DNA of 64,000 nucleotides. Origin: Methanobacteriota archaeon. GTDB taxonomy: Archaea > Thermoplasmatota > Thermoplasmata > SG8-5 > JAGLSY01. The notes beneath the pieces were generated by a model. That model ran no database searches, was not told where the DNA came from, and worked only from the letters and a program-made list of their open reading frames with translations. Positions 1-10,087 of the stretch are shown here, in pieces. Positions within the stretch are counted from its first letter, which is position 1. The number at the start of each line of letters is the position of its first letter. The stretch is taken from positions 352,001 to 416,000 of the forward strand of contig JAEHCQ010000001.1 of NCBI GenBank assembly GCA_020696385.1, in the 5' to 3' direction. The translations under genes were made by a program, and so were the position numbers.

Positions 1-1
1 G

Positions 2-148
2 CAAGCACAAGATCACTTACATGATTACAAAAAGGTCCTGGAAAAGAGTTATAAATCAGGCCATTACAGCAAATCCAAATGTAGAGAAAAAGTGAAGGAA
101 AAGGAGATCGAACTCGGACTATGCTCTCCAGATGCCTATGACAATTGA
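2..148 (+). CDS. 3' end of a truncated hypothetical protein
   Basis: Frame 2 is open from the window edge to TGA at 146-148 (QAQDHLHDYKKVLEKSY...ELGLCSPDAYDN). Confidence 0.5.
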   Translation, partial: QAQDHLHDYKKVLEKSYKSGHYSKSKCREKVKEKEIELGLCSPDAYDN

Positions 149-195
149 TATTTTACAAACATATTGTTAGAGACAGCTTTAGCTTTGAGGAATCC

Positions 196-960
196 TCATA
201 TGATATATCTGGCTCCGATCTCAGCCCAGGTGGCCTCACCGACCCTTTCGAATCCCACACTCTCTGCCAATGAGACACTGGCCTCATTTGATTTGAACAT
301 GTGCGCTACAGCTTTTCCACCACGCCCATTAATTCTCTTAACCAATGCTTTCGTCGACATGGCCAGGTAGCCCTTTCTTCTGTGATCGTCAAGAGTGTGA
401 GCGAAACCAAGCTCAGCCATGCCCTTTATCTCATAATGAAGGCCCACCCAGGAAACAAGTTCACCATCCACCCTGACACAGGCACTGTCGAATTTTCTTA
501 TTTTTTCCTTTATAATATCCTCGGGGTCATCTATAAGGTCCCAATGTTCGGCGATCAATGCCGCATCCCCTTCTTCAAGTCCTCCCAGATCGTCCCATGG
601 TCCATCCCCGATATCACCAGATGAGACATATTTCCAGCACGGTCCCTCATAATCTATTTTGAACTCATTTTTGAGCTGTGTCAAGGCACTTGTTGGGCAT
701 CCGTGAGTGAAGAAGCCAGCCTGCGGCAACTTATCGAAAGGGATCGTGGTATCTGTCCAATTTCCTGAAAAAACGACAAGAGCCTCATTCAGATCTATGG
801 CCATTGCCGCTCTTGTTTCATTATCATAATAGATATCATATTCATGACCAATTTCAAAGACCCTGAATAGGAAAATAGCGTTTTGAAAAATATCATCATT
901 CAGAGCCAACTTCATTTTTTTAATATCTGATATTGTGGTCAACAGCCTAGCATTTTTCAT
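196..960 (-). CDS. GNAT family N-acetyltransferase (FR47-like C-terminal domain)
   Basis: AcCoA-binding-type motif HTLDDHRRKGY and C-terminal NEASVSLAESVGF; ATG at 960. Confidence 0.8.
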   Translation of the reverse strand: MKNARLLTTISDIKKMKLALNDDIFQNAIFLFRVFEIGHEYDIYYDNETRAAMAIDLNEALVVFSGNWTDTTIPFDKLPQAGFFTHGCPTSALTQLKNEFKIDYEGPCWKYVSSGDIGDGPWDDLGGLEEGDAALIAEHWDLIDDPEDIIKEKIRKFDSACVRVDGELVSWVGLHYEIKGMAELGFAHTLDDHRRKGYLAMSTKALVKRINGRGGKAVAHMFKSNEASVSLAESVGFERVGEATWAEIGARYII

Positions 961-1043
961 CAACGTAGTTAATGTTCCGATGAGATATAAAGTTGCTGGC
1001 AGGCTACATTTAATGAGGCAATAACAGGCGTATAATTATTATA

Positions 1044-1057
1044 TTAGATTAACTTAA
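1044..1057. promoter_or_regulatory. Putative DtxR/SirR/MntR-family metal-repressor operator next to a TATA box
   Basis: TTAGATTAACTTAA is a 12/14 match to the palindrome TTAGGTTAACCTAA and directly follows TTATTATA (1036-1043). Confidence 0.55.
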
Positions 1058-1080
1058 CAATAGTTAATGTTGGAGTGATC

Positions 1081-2256
1081 ATGCGCTTTCGAATATTATC
1101 AAAATCTATATCCAGAAGAAGATCCAGGGTAGCAATTGCTATCATCGCAGTGATAATGGGAGCCTCCGTATTCGGTGCACTTGTCATGACTTCCATGGAG
1201 GTGCGGGATAATGTGGGTCTTGAGTTCAGGCAGTATGGTGCAAATATTTTGATGATTCCTAAGACTGATTCGATCTCTGTTTCAATTGGTGAGATAGAAT
1301 ATGGAAGCGTCACTGAACAGAGATACATTGAAGAATCAGACCTGCCAAAGATCATGGAGATATACTGGGCACCCAATATACTAGGAATAGCTCCCTATCT
1401 ATATGGAATGGCCGAAGTTGAGGATCATGCGGTCATTCTGTCTGGAGTTAACTTTTCAGCGCTTAAGATTGTAAATCCCTGGTGGAATATTGAAGGTGAC
1501 TGGGTGGATGATGATAATGATTCTCATGGTGCATTGGTAGGCATAACGGTATCTGAAGCATTGAACCTGGGCATTGGGGACAATTTCACGGCAAAATATA
1601 ATAATACTCAAAATGAAACCATCCAATCCTTTACCGTGAAGGGAATTGTTGATACTGGTGGCTCAGAGGATTATCAGATATTCACCAAATTATTAGATGC
1701 TCAATTATTATACGACAAGGAAAACAAGGTGTCGATAGTCCAAGTAAGTGCCCTATGTACTGCATGCCCAATTGATGTTATAGCGGAACAGATAGAGGAA
1801 AAGATAGTCTATGTCGAGGCAAAATCTGTAAAACAAATGGTGAATGCGGAGATGCAGATACTCGGCAAAGTTGAGAGTTTGATGTTCATAGTAACAGCCA
1901 TCGCATTACTGGCCTCCGCAATGGGGGTGATGACCACAATGACAACATCTGTCATAGAGAGGCAGAAAGAAATTGGAATTATGAAGGCCATCGGAGCAGA
2001 GAATCGAACTATAGCCAGCCTCTTTTATTCAGAGGCTGTGATCATCGGCGTCTTGGGCGGTGTGATCGGTTATTTCGTGGCGATTGTTCTGGCACAATTC
2101 ATAGGAGATAGTGTATTCAATTCACCTATTTCTCCAAACCCGGTAGTGCTCCTATATGTTCTGTGTGTATCTATCGGCGTCGCTCTTCTGGCAAGTGTAT
2201 ACCCTGTCAGAAGGGCAATCTTTATTGAACCAGCCAAAGTTTTGAGGGGGGATTGA
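1081..2256 (+). CDS. MacB/FtsX-family ABC transporter permease
   Basis: N-terminal TM, extracytoplasmic domain with CTACP, ERQKEIGIMKAIGA FtsX motif, 3 C-terminal TMs. Confidence 0.9.
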   Translation: MRFRILSKSISRRRSRVAIAIIAVIMGASVFGALVMTSMEVRDNVGLEFRQYGANILMIPKTDSISVSIGEIEYGSVTEQRYIEESDLPKIMEIYWAPNILGIAPYLYGMAEVEDHAVILSGVNFSALKIVNPWWNIEGDWVDDDNDSHGALVGITVSEALNLGIGDNFTAKYNNTQNETIQSFTVKGIVDTGGSEDYQIFTKLLDAQLLYDKENKVSIVQVSALCTACPIDVIAEQIEEKIVYVEAKSVKQMVNAEMQILGKVESLMFIVTAIALLASAMGVMTTMTTSVIERQKEIGIMKAIGAENRTIASLFYSEAVIIGVLGGVIGYFVAIVLAQFIGDSVFNSPISPNPVVLLYVLCVSIGVALLASVYPVRRAIFIEPAKVLRGD

Positions 2257-2287
2257 AATCTCGAGATCAATACTAAAAACACATGAA

Positions 2288-2977
2288 TTGACCATGGATT
2301 ATAATGAGAATACTCGTGCTCTGGATAATGTCAATATCGAGGTCATGAAAGGGGAATGGGTCTCTATAATGGGAGCATCAGGATCTGGAAAGACCACGCT
2401 TCTCAATATAATAGGATGTCTGGACACTCCGACATCTGGTAGTGTGTTCACGAAGGGTATTAAAATCACTGACCTCGATCCCAAGGAACTGACCAGATTC
2501 AGGCGGGAAAATATGGGGTTCATTTTCCAACAATTTCATCTTGTACCCTATCTGACAGCCCTGGAAAATGTGATGCTGGCTAAATATTTTCTACATGGCA
2601 AGGGGGATCATGAAGAAGATGCTAGACTTGCATTGGAGCGGGTCGACATGGGACATCGCCTGGAACATATTCCTGCCCACCTTTCTGGTGGTGAACAGCA
2701 GAGAGTGGCCGTGGCCAGAGCTCTGGCAAATGAGCCTGAGATAATACTGGCAGACGAACCAACTGGAAATCTAGATCAGAAAAATAGTTGGAAGATCCTA
2801 GAACTGCTGAAGAGCCTGCATGATGAGGGGCACACAATTCTATTGATCACCCATGAACCAGATATTGGCAAGATGGGCAATAGAACTATAAGGCTGGTGG
2901 ATGGACAGGTTTCATCACCTGAGCCATTGTCATCAAGTATTATTAATGAAAATAGAGGAGAAAGTAATTATGAATAA
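2288..2977 (+). CDS. ABC transporter ATP-binding protein (LolD/MacB type)
   Basis: Walker [16 protein letters not shown] signature, [11 protein letters not shown]; true start may be further upstream. Confidence 0.95.
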   Translation: MTMDYNENTRALDNVNIEVMKGEWVSIMGASGSGKTTLLNIIGCLDTPTSGSVFTKGIKITDLDPKELTRFRRENMGFIFQQFHLVPYLTALENVMLAKYFLHGKGDHEEDARLALERVDMGHRLEHIPAHLSGGEQQRVAVARALANEPEIILADEPTGNLDQKNSWKILELLKSLHDEGHTILLITHEPDIGKMGNRTIRLVDGQVSSPEPLSSSIINENRGESNYE

Positions 2978-3509
2978 TAACAAGAAAAAAGAGGGCGGGA
3001 AGAAAGCTGATATCAGAAGAATGGAGGAAGCTAGGAAAAAAAAGATGATGATAGGCATGAGCGTTTTAGCCGTAGCTATAATCTGCTTAGGGATGATTTT
3101 TTCCATCATGGATTTTTCTGATAGACAGTCTGCATATAGTGATCCTTCACAGACAACCGAAAATGAGATCATTATTCCGGTATCGGAGATAACCACATCG
3201 GCCAAATATTACAAGAATACAATAGATGGTGTTACGGTCAAGTACTTCGTGATTGAGGGAAGTGATGGTCAAATCCACACGGCCTTCGATGCCTGTGATG
3301 TGTGCTACCATGAGAAAAGAGGATATTCTCAGGATGAGCTAAATATGGTGTGCAACAATTGTGGGAATCAATATCCGACCAATGGCATAGGATCTGAGAA
3401 TAGTGCAGGTGGAGCGTGTTGGCCAGGATATCTCAGGACCTCGATAGAGGATGGTAACTTGATTATTGAAAGATCGGAATTGGTAAATGGTAAATATTAT
3501 TTCGAATGA
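2970..3509 (+). CDS. DUF2318 family membrane-anchored Cys-rich (Fe-S/metal-binding) protein
   Basis: Single TM then FDACDVC...MVCNNCG...GACWP pattern; ATG at 2970 overlaps the ATPase stop. Confidence 0.85.
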   Translation: MNNNKKKEGGKKADIRRMEEARKKKMMIGMSVLAVAIICLGMIFSIMDFSDRQSAYSDPSQTTENEIIIPVSEITTSAKYYKNTIDGVTVKYFVIEGSDGQIHTAFDACDVCYHEKRGYSQDELNMVCNNCGNQYPTNGIGSENSAGGACWPGYLRTSIEDGNLIIERSELVNGKYYFE

Positions 3510-3575
3510 TCTGCCATAATTGAGTAGTCTAACTAAGTGAAAAATTACAAATATGCCTATTCGATATGATCACCA

Positions 3576-4133
3576 ATGGACAATCTATCAATAATGCTGA
3601 TCTCCATAGGACTGGCAATGGACTGCCTGGCGGTGTCCATATCTAGTGCTGTGACCATCAAGGAAGTTAAATTATCTGATGGTCTAAGAGTGGGATTGTT
3701 CTTCGGCGGTTTCCAGGGAGGGTTGGCACTGCTTGGTTGGCTGGGGGCAAGCAGTTTTGCCACCCTTGTTGAAAGTGTGGATCACTGGATAGCCTTCATA
3801 CTTCTGGCAATAATAGGTATCAAGATGATCAAGGAAGGAATGGAAGAAGAGGAATCCTCGGGTATGAACCACAGGAACCTGAGAGTGCTCTTGATATTGT
3901 CGATCGCTACAAGTATTGATTCTCTGGCAATAGGGATCTCATTCTCCTTCCTGGGTATCTCGATAATACTGCCAGTGATAATGATCGCAATAGTGTCATT
4001 CATATTCGCCTTCGCAGGAACTTTCATCGGCCAGAAAGCTGGTGAGAAATTGGAGGGCAAGATGGAGATCATCGGTGGCCTAATTCTGATAGGGCTGGGA
4101 TTGAAGATACTGCTGGAGCATACTGTTTTGTAA
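3576..4133 (+). CDS. mntP: Manganese efflux pump MntP
   Basis: GLAMDCLAVS, DHWIAF and ATSIDSLAIG motifs, about 6 TMs. Confidence 0.92.
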   Translation: MDNLSIMLISIGLAMDCLAVSISSAVTIKEVKLSDGLRVGLFFGGFQGGLALLGWLGASSFATLVESVDHWIAFILLAIIGIKMIKEGMEEEESSGMNHRNLRVLLILSIATSIDSLAIGISFSFLGISIILPVIMIAIVSFIFAFAGTFIGQKAGEKLEGKMEIIGGLILIGLGLKILLEHTVL

Positions 4134-4182
4134 CTAGTGAATGAATTTCATATCATTGAATTCAATGAGAGCTCTCTATTCA

Positions 4183-4230
4183 AGAAAAAATGAAGAAAAA
4201 GGAAAGGGTGGGAGAGCGTGTCTCCCATTC
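4183..4230 (-). terminator. Hairpin plus pyrimidine-tract terminator of the surface-protein gene
   Basis: TGGGAGA (4209-4215)/TCTCCCA (4221-4227) stem followed on the minus strand by a long U/C tract. Confidence 0.6.
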
Positions 4231-4259
4231 TCCGTAGTTGAACTATTGGATTATTAGGT

Positions 4260-6446
4260 CTAATAATAACCAATAGTTACCGTGATTATGGCCTCATACA
4301 GACCTTCTTGCGTACCAGCGGGCACATCGATGAACCAGGCTACCTGGGTCGCCTGAAGTAGACCGCTTCCATACATATTGAAGTCAGATCCCATTGGTCC
4401 ATTTGCGGTAGTACCATTGCTTGGTGCAGGTAACATAGTTGTGGCAGAGTTATTACCCCATACACCGACCTCGACATCAATACCAGGTATTGCGGTTATG
4501 TTAAAGATCTCCGTATTGGTGTCATTTGCCTGGCCTGTGATGTTCACATGCTGCAAACTGACATTGGTACATGGTATGGAATTCACACCATCCGAGAGGT
4601 CTGGAATTGATATGTTGACGTAGTACGGTGTATTTGCCGAATATGTTATGTTGCTGTATGGGAACAAAGCGATACCATTGGTACCTGGTGGCGCATTTGC
4701 GCTTGGATCATCAGCCACTGTAATGTTAGTGTACATGAACACTCCGAACTCGCCGTATGTGTAGTTTGTGGCTGTTGGGAATCCGGCATCATAGACCTCT
4801 AACCTGAAGTTCCAGCTATTTGCATCATCCAACATTATGTTTGGATCATACTCATCACCAGTTACAGGTGTGTTCCATGCTCCATCTCCAGCTGCTGCCA
4901 TTGTCTGCTTGTTCATGGTCACATTCATCCAAACATAGTATTTCTCATCGGCCACAGATACATTTGACCAGAAGCTGTCCAATGTGAATTCACCGGGTCC
5001 AGCTGCAGGGTATGTCAAAGCTGCGGACTCTGGAATTCCACCACCGTCTCCTTCTTCCCACAGAGCGGTGAACATCGTTGTCCTGTTGTCAACTGTGGCT
5101 CCTCTTGGGTCATTATCGCCATCATCCAACCAGCCATTGAGTTCCACTCTCACATTGTCGATACCATCGAAGAACTGATTGTCCGTACCTATAGAGTAGT
5201 TGAACTCGCCCCTGAAGGTGTATGTCTCCTCGACATTGACCTGCTTGTCCAGTGTGCTTGTCCTTGTGACATCGGTCATATCCCACATTCCTATTGTGTA
5301 ACCATGTGGCACATCTGTATTGACCTTTATCTTCGTGTCTGAATTGGCTGCTGAAACATAAGCACCCAGACCTCCACTGACACCAGCCACAATAGCTGAG
5401 CTTGGACTGTTGTATCCCTTGACTGAAACACCATTGAATACTGGTGATGCTTCTGGAAGCTTGTAGGTCATATCCTTCAGTATTCCAGTTGTGGAGTAGT
5501 AATTGTAATAAGCACCATTGCCACTGCTGGATCCAACTGCGGCTCCCCATGTTCCATCAGGGGACCAATCGAAGTCCAGTATATTGTATCCTGTGTGGTT
5601 ATCCAACATATCTGGTATACCACCATCGAACATGAAGAGGTTACCATTTGCATTGTACATTCCACCTATCATTGCGAAAGTACCGGATGGTTGCCAGTCG
5701 ATGGTTTTCAATGCGCCAGTTGCAGGCCATGCAAGGGGAGTCTCGAATTGATCTCCAGAAATTGACCAGCTGTAACTAATACTATTACCAGCATTTTCAC
5801 CAACTGCATAGTATGTGGCTCCAGGTGTTACTTGATCCCATGTAGCATCATAGAGTATGTCACCAGCTAAAAATGCATTAAGGTCTGCAAATTCCCACCA
5901 ACCGCCGATATTATACCAGGCTGCTAGTCCTTTTGCAACTCCTGTTGTATTAACTCCCACGGCGAAGAATTTGTACTGTGAGTTACCCCATTCATGAGCA
6001 ACGCATGCACCATTGAAAGTTCCCATAACGGAACCATCTGGGGCACCTAATGGGCTCAGTCCACCAAAATAGTCATATTCGTATGCTATTGGTTGTCCAC
6101 CAGCATCATTTCCTACAATGTAGAATACATCCGAATAATTGTCGTAGATGACATCATTCAGAATATCTCCTGCTACAGATGAGAAGAAATTTGGGGTCCA
6201 TTCCATTGAATTTGCATCATACAGATGAACGTTTTCTGATGCACCATCAACAGCCAATGCAAAAGCACCACTTGTCGTGTTCCATGCAATCTTTGTCAGG
6301 CCACCACCTGGGTAGTTGGTGTTTCGCTCCTCAAACAACCTTGCGGAGTCCTCAGCAACGGCATTTAGCCCTAAGATCGAAAATCCTGCTCCTATCATCG
6401 CGAATGTTATTGCGAATGCTATAATTTTTTTACTAATCATATTCAT
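4260..6446 (-). CDS. Secreted cell-surface glycoprotein (propeller-like N-terminal region, beta-sandwich C-terminal domain)
   Basis: Signal peptide MISKKIIAFAITFAMIG...AVA; repeated IAWN/ATWD/IDWQ/FDWS blade-like motifs; many N-x-S/T sequons; acidic, Lys-poor. Confidence 0.75.
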   Translation of the reverse strand: MNMISKKIIAFAITFAMIGAGFSILGLNAVAEDSARLFEERNTNYPGGGLTKIAWNTTSGAFALAVDGASENVHLYDANSMEWTPNFFSSVAGDILNDVIYDNYSDVFYIVGNDAGGQPIAYEYDYFGGLSPLGAPDGSVMGTFNGACVAHEWGNSQYKFFAVGVNTTGVAKGLAAWYNIGGWWEFADLNAFLAGDILYDATWDQVTPGATYYAVGENAGNSISYSWSISGDQFETPLAWPATGALKTIDWQPSGTFAMIGGMYNANGNLFMFDGGIPDMLDNHTGYNILDFDWSPDGTWGAAVGSSSGNGAYYNYYSTTGILKDMTYKLPEASPVFNGVSVKGYNSPSSAIVAGVSGGLGAYVSAANSDTKIKVNTDVPHGYTIGMWDMTDVTRTSTLDKQVNVEETYTFRGEFNYSIGTDNQFFDGIDNVRVELNGWLDDGDNDPRGATVDNRTTMFTALWEEGDGGGIPESAALTYPAAGPGEFTLDSFWSNVSVADEKYYVWMNVTMNKQTMAAAGDGAWNTPVTGDEYDPNIMLDDANSWNFRLEVYDAGFPTATNYTYGEFGVFMYTNITVADDPSANAPPGTNGIALFPYSNITYSANTPYYVNISIPDLSDGVNSIPCTNVSLQHVNITGQANDTNTEIFNITAIPGIDVEVGVWGNNSATTMLPAPSNGTTANGPMGSDFNMYGSGLLQATQVAWFIDVPAGTQEGLYEAIITVTIGYY

Positions 6447-6626
6447 GTCTCCCTCACAGATTTATTTGTGTCTGATTTTTCACAATTATGAAAGCTATGT
6501 ATTAATTAATATTAATAACTTTGCTGTATGATAGTTTATAATACCATGTGTATGCGACATGAATGTATGACGAATTCATGTTAATTTAACATTCGACCAT
6601 TTCATTATCCGAGTCGTTCGGGGAGA

Positions 6627-7280
6627 TCACTTTTTTGCCTTCGGTACTTTCTCCCAATCCGCCAGAAACTTCTCGATCCCATTATCGGTGAGGGGGTGGC
6701 TGGCCATTAGTTTCAATACCTTCAATGGCAAAGTGACAATATGTGCACCGGCCTTTGCGGAGTCTATGACGTGGATCGGATGTCTAACACTGGCAACTAT
6801 GACCTCCGTGTCAAAACCATAGTTCATGAATATCTGAACTATGTCACGTATGATCTGCATACCTTCCTGGCCATTATCATCCAGCCTGCCCACAAAAGGG
6901 CTGACGAAGGTGGCACCGGCCTTTGCAGCTAGCAAGGCCTGATTGGCAGAGAATATGAGAGTGACATTTGTTTTGATACCTCTTAGAGAGAGTTCTTTTG
7001 TTGCTTTGAGCCCTTCAGCACACATTGGAATTTTAATTGTTATATTGTCATGGATCTTGACCAGTTCCCTGGCTTCCTTCACCATGCCTTTTGCATCCAT
7101 GCTGACGACCTCGGCACTTATTGGCCCATCGACGATGGAACATATCTCTTTAACGACCTCTTTGAAATCCTTCCCTTCTCTTGCTATCAGGGATGGGTTT
7201 GTCGTAACTCCATCGATTATGCCCCAGCTATTCGCCTCTTTGATCTCGTCAATGTTCGCCGTGTCCAGAAATATTTTCAT
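6627..7280 (-). CDS. tal: Transaldolase (short FSA/TalC type)
   Basis: [21 protein letters not shown] Schiff-base Lys, [10 protein letters not shown]. Confidence 0.95.
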   Translation of the reverse strand: MKIFLDTANIDEIKEANSWGIIDGVTTNPSLIAREGKDFKEVVKEICSIVDGPISAEVVSMDAKGMVKEARELVKIHDNITIKIPMCAEGLKATKELSLRGIKTNVTLIFSANQALLAAKAGATFVSPFVGRLDDNGQEGMQIIRDIVQIFMNYGFDTEVIVASVRHPIHVIDSAKAGAHIVTLPLKVLKLMASHPLTDNGIEKFLADWEKVPKAKK

Positions 7281-7281
7281 G

Positions 7282-8238
7282 TCATCTACCTCTTCTCTTC
7301 ATTACATCATGAGCCGCGTCCACTATATGATCGACCGTCAATCCGTATTTCTCCATGAGCTCATCAGATGTACCGGATTCTCCGAATGAGTCGCGGATAC
7401 CAACCCTCTTCATTGGTACATGGAAGTTCTCTACCAGTGTCATGGCAACTGCTGAACCCATACCGACCATCACATTGTGCTCCTCGGCCGTGACCATTCC
7501 ACCAGTTTCTCTCGCGGCCTTGATCAAGGTCTTCTCATCCATTGGCTTGATGGTGGACATGTTTATCACCTTGGCATCGATCTTATGCTTCTTCAGATCT
7601 TCCGCGGCCTCAAGACACTTGGCAACCATAATTCCAGTGCCGACAAGTGTGATATCTGCCCCTTCTCGCATGATGCTGGCCTTTCCTATCTCGAAGTCCT
7701 GACATTCAGGAATATCTGTACATACGGGGATATTTGCTCTTCCCAATCGGATATAGACTGGCCCCTTGAACTCAGCAGCGGCCATCACCGCTCTCTTGGT
7801 CTCGGGAGCATCTGCTGGAACTATGACTGTCATATTCGGTAGAACTCTCATGAGAGCCAGGTCTTCGATCATCTGATGTGTTGCTCCATCTCCTCCCACG
7901 GTTATACCTGCGTGGGTGGCGACTATCTTCACATCCAGTTTGGGATAGGCCACACTCTGTCTTATCTGATCGTATACACGTCCTGTAACGAATATCGCGA
8001 AGGTACTGGCGAAAGCGGTCTTGCCTGCTGCGGCAAAGCCCGCACATGCGCTGATCATATTCTGTTCAGCGATACCGAAGTTGAAATGTCTCTCTGGAAA
8101 ATGCTCGGCGAAAACACCGGTCTTGACAGAGCATGAAAGGTCCGCACTGGCAACAACGATATCACTTCTCTGTTCTCCAAGCTCGACCAGAGCCTCTCCG
8201 AATGCATCTCTCTGATTCTTCAATTCCCATTTTTTCAT
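7282..8238 (-). CDS. tktB: Transketolase, C-terminal subunit
   Basis: GIAEQNM, DGATHQ, TAEEH; ATG at 8238 with SD GGAGG. Confidence 0.95.
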   Translation of the reverse strand: MKKWELKNQRDAFGEALVELGEQRSDIVVASADLSCSVKTGVFAEHFPERHFNFGIAEQNMISACAGFAAAGKTAFASTFAIFVTGRVYDQIRQSVAYPKLDVKIVATHAGITVGGDGATHQMIEDLALMRVLPNMTVIVPADAPETKRAVMAAAEFKGPVYIRLGRANIPVCTDIPECQDFEIGKASIMREGADITLVGTGIMVAKCLEAAEDLKKHKIDAKVINMSTIKPMDEKTLIKAARETGGMVTAEEHNVMVGMGSAVAMTLVENFHVPMKRVGIRDSFGESGTSDELMEKYGLTVDHIVDAAHDVMKRRGR

Positions 8239-8345
8239 GCTGAATCCCTCCATTTCATTTCGGGCTTTTGAATGCGCGAATTCATTCGTGCATTCAAAAC
8301 TTCGAACTCTTTGAAGTTCTGAATGCAATCACTTTGCTCTCGCAT

Positions 8346-9182
8346 TCAATCCCCTCCCAGTTCTTTCATGGCCTTCTCATACTCGTCCTTGCTGGGTGAT
8401 TTACCATGGAAGCCAACTGCTCCTTCCATGAAACTGACTCCCTTGCCTTTGATGGTATTGGCTATTATCACACTCGGATGGCCCTTTGTTTCCTTGGCCT
8501 TCTTGAAAGCAGCCAATATCTCTCTGAAATTATGACCTTCTATCTCGATGACATTCCATCCAAAGGCTTTCCATTTATCGCCCAGTGGTTCAAGGGACAT
8601 GATCTTCTCAGTGGGGCCATCCAACTGGAGTTTGTTCCTGTCAATTATGGCTACCAGATTATCGATCTTGAACTGGGATGCGGACATTGCGGCTTCCCAT
8701 ATCTGGCCACAATTGTTCTCCCCATCCCCCAGCATGACATAGGTCCTGTACTTCTTCCTGTCCAGCTTGGCTGCCAATGCCATACCGATACCCATGCTCA
8801 GACCCTGACCTTCACTACCTGTAGAAGCTTCCACACCAGGTGTCTTCCTCATATCAGGGTGCCCCTGGAGCCTGGAACCGATCTTCCGGATGGTCTTCAG
8901 CTCATCTACCGGGAAATACCCAGATTCTGCAAGACAGGCGTACAGCGTGGGAGCCGCATGTCCCTTACTGAGAACGAATCTGTCTCTATCTTCCCATTTT
9001 GGATCATCTGCCTTATGGTTCATTTCCATGAAATAAAGCGCGACCAGCACATCTGTCGCGGATAATGATCCGCCTGGATGTCCCGAACCTGCTCCGTAGA
9101 TCATTTCAATTATATGGCGTCTGACCTTGCCGGCCATCTCTTCAAGCATTTTGATGTCTTCATCTGGATAACTGTTTACCAC
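8346..9182 (-). CDS. tktA: Transketolase, N-terminal subunit
   Basis: GHPGGSLS, DRFVLSKGH, TPP motif GDGE...N; probable GTG start at 9182. Confidence 0.95.
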   Translation of the reverse strand: MVNSYPDEDIKMLEEMAGKVRRHIIEMIYGAGSGHPGGSLSATDVLVALYFMEMNHKADDPKWEDRDRFVLSKGHAAPTLYACLAESGYFPVDELKTIRKIGSRLQGHPDMRKTPGVEASTGSEGQGLSMGIGMALAAKLDRKKYRTYVMLGDGENNCGQIWEAAMSASQFKIDNLVAIIDRNKLQLDGPTEKIMSLEPLGDKWKAFGWNVIEIEGHNFREILAAFKKAKETKGHPSVIIANTIKGKGVSFMEGAVGFHGKSPSKDEYEKAMKELGGD

Positions 9183-9300
9183 GATACCTGCCCCTATATG
9201 GAGAGGGGAATACACTCGCACTTCATATTCTTTACTAATTAAAGAAGGGAAAATTTTCATAGATTATATTATACATCATGCTTATGAGGGATACGATAAA

Positions 9301-9825
9301 ATGACTAAAGAAAAGATAGAAGACAATAGACTGGGAATAAGGAACATGCCCGCCTTTCCAGTTGGCCTCATCACCGTTGGGAAGGGAAAAGAAGCGAATA
9401 TCATAACAGCGGCTCTCATACATGTTTTTTCCTTTGATCCGCCACTCATCGGCATTGGCATATCACCCAAAAGGCACTCGCACGGCCTTTTGACAAAGGA
9501 AGATGAGTTCGTTGTCAACATACCTGGCAAGGATATTTTGAAGGAAACTCTGGGGTGTGGTACAGTATCTGGCTCGAAGGTTGACAAATTCGAGCTTCAT
9601 GAACTGAAAAAGCTAGATTCCCGGGTTGTCGAGACCCCATCGATCGAACAGTGCAAGGTCAGCCTCGAATGTAAAAAAACAGATATGTTCACTACTGGCG
9701 ATCATGATTGGTTCATTGGCGAGGTCGTTATGACCGTGGCCGACAAGGGCTATAAAAGAGGAGATGGATTACTTTATTGGGGCGGTGATTTCAGACTGCC
9801 TGGCAAGGTCATAAAGGAAAGATAG
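9301..9825 (+). CDS. Flavin reductase (flavoredoxin/DIM6-NTAB) family protein
   Basis: EFVVNIP, CGTVSGSKVDKF, GDHDWFIGEV. Confidence 0.9.
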   Translation: MTKEKIEDNRLGIRNMPAFPVGLITVGKGKEANIITAALIHVFSFDPPLIGIGISPKRHSHGLLTKEDEFVVNIPGKDILKETLGCGTVSGSKVDKFELHELKKLDSRVVETPSIEQCKVSLECKKTDMFTTGDHDWFIGEVVMTVADKGYKRGDGLLYWGGDFRLPGKVIKER

Positions 9826-9899
9826 TCCAACAAAGACCTCGCACATCATGTATGATACAAAATATTTTATCATCAATCAGCTATCCCAATCACGATAAT

Positions 9900-10070
9900 A
9901 TGAAACATGACATGATGGAAATCCTATGCTGCCCTGTATGCAAATCCGATCTCGAGCTCAAGGCCATGAAAGAGCAGGACGGCGATGTGATCGAAGGAAT
10001 ACTAGCATGCAAGAAATGCTCTCACGATTATAAGATAGAGAATTCCATTCCGAATCTTTTGCCTCCATGA
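9900..10070 (+). CDS. trm112: Trm112 methyltransferase activator
   Basis: ILCCPVCK...CKKCSHDYKIENSIPNLLPP. Confidence 0.9.
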   Translation: MKHDMMEILCCPVCKSDLELKAMKEQDGDVIEGILACKKCSHDYKIENSIPNLLPP

Positions 10071-10087
10071 AACAGTAACAAATCATT

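Noticed and set aside
3519-3532. Second DtxR-like box upstream of mntP
   Set aside because: Only about half the positions match the palindrome
4153-4168. Perfect 16-bp palindrome TCATTGAATTCAATGA
   Set aside because: AT-rich, between convergent gene ends, no second copy noticed; no function supportable
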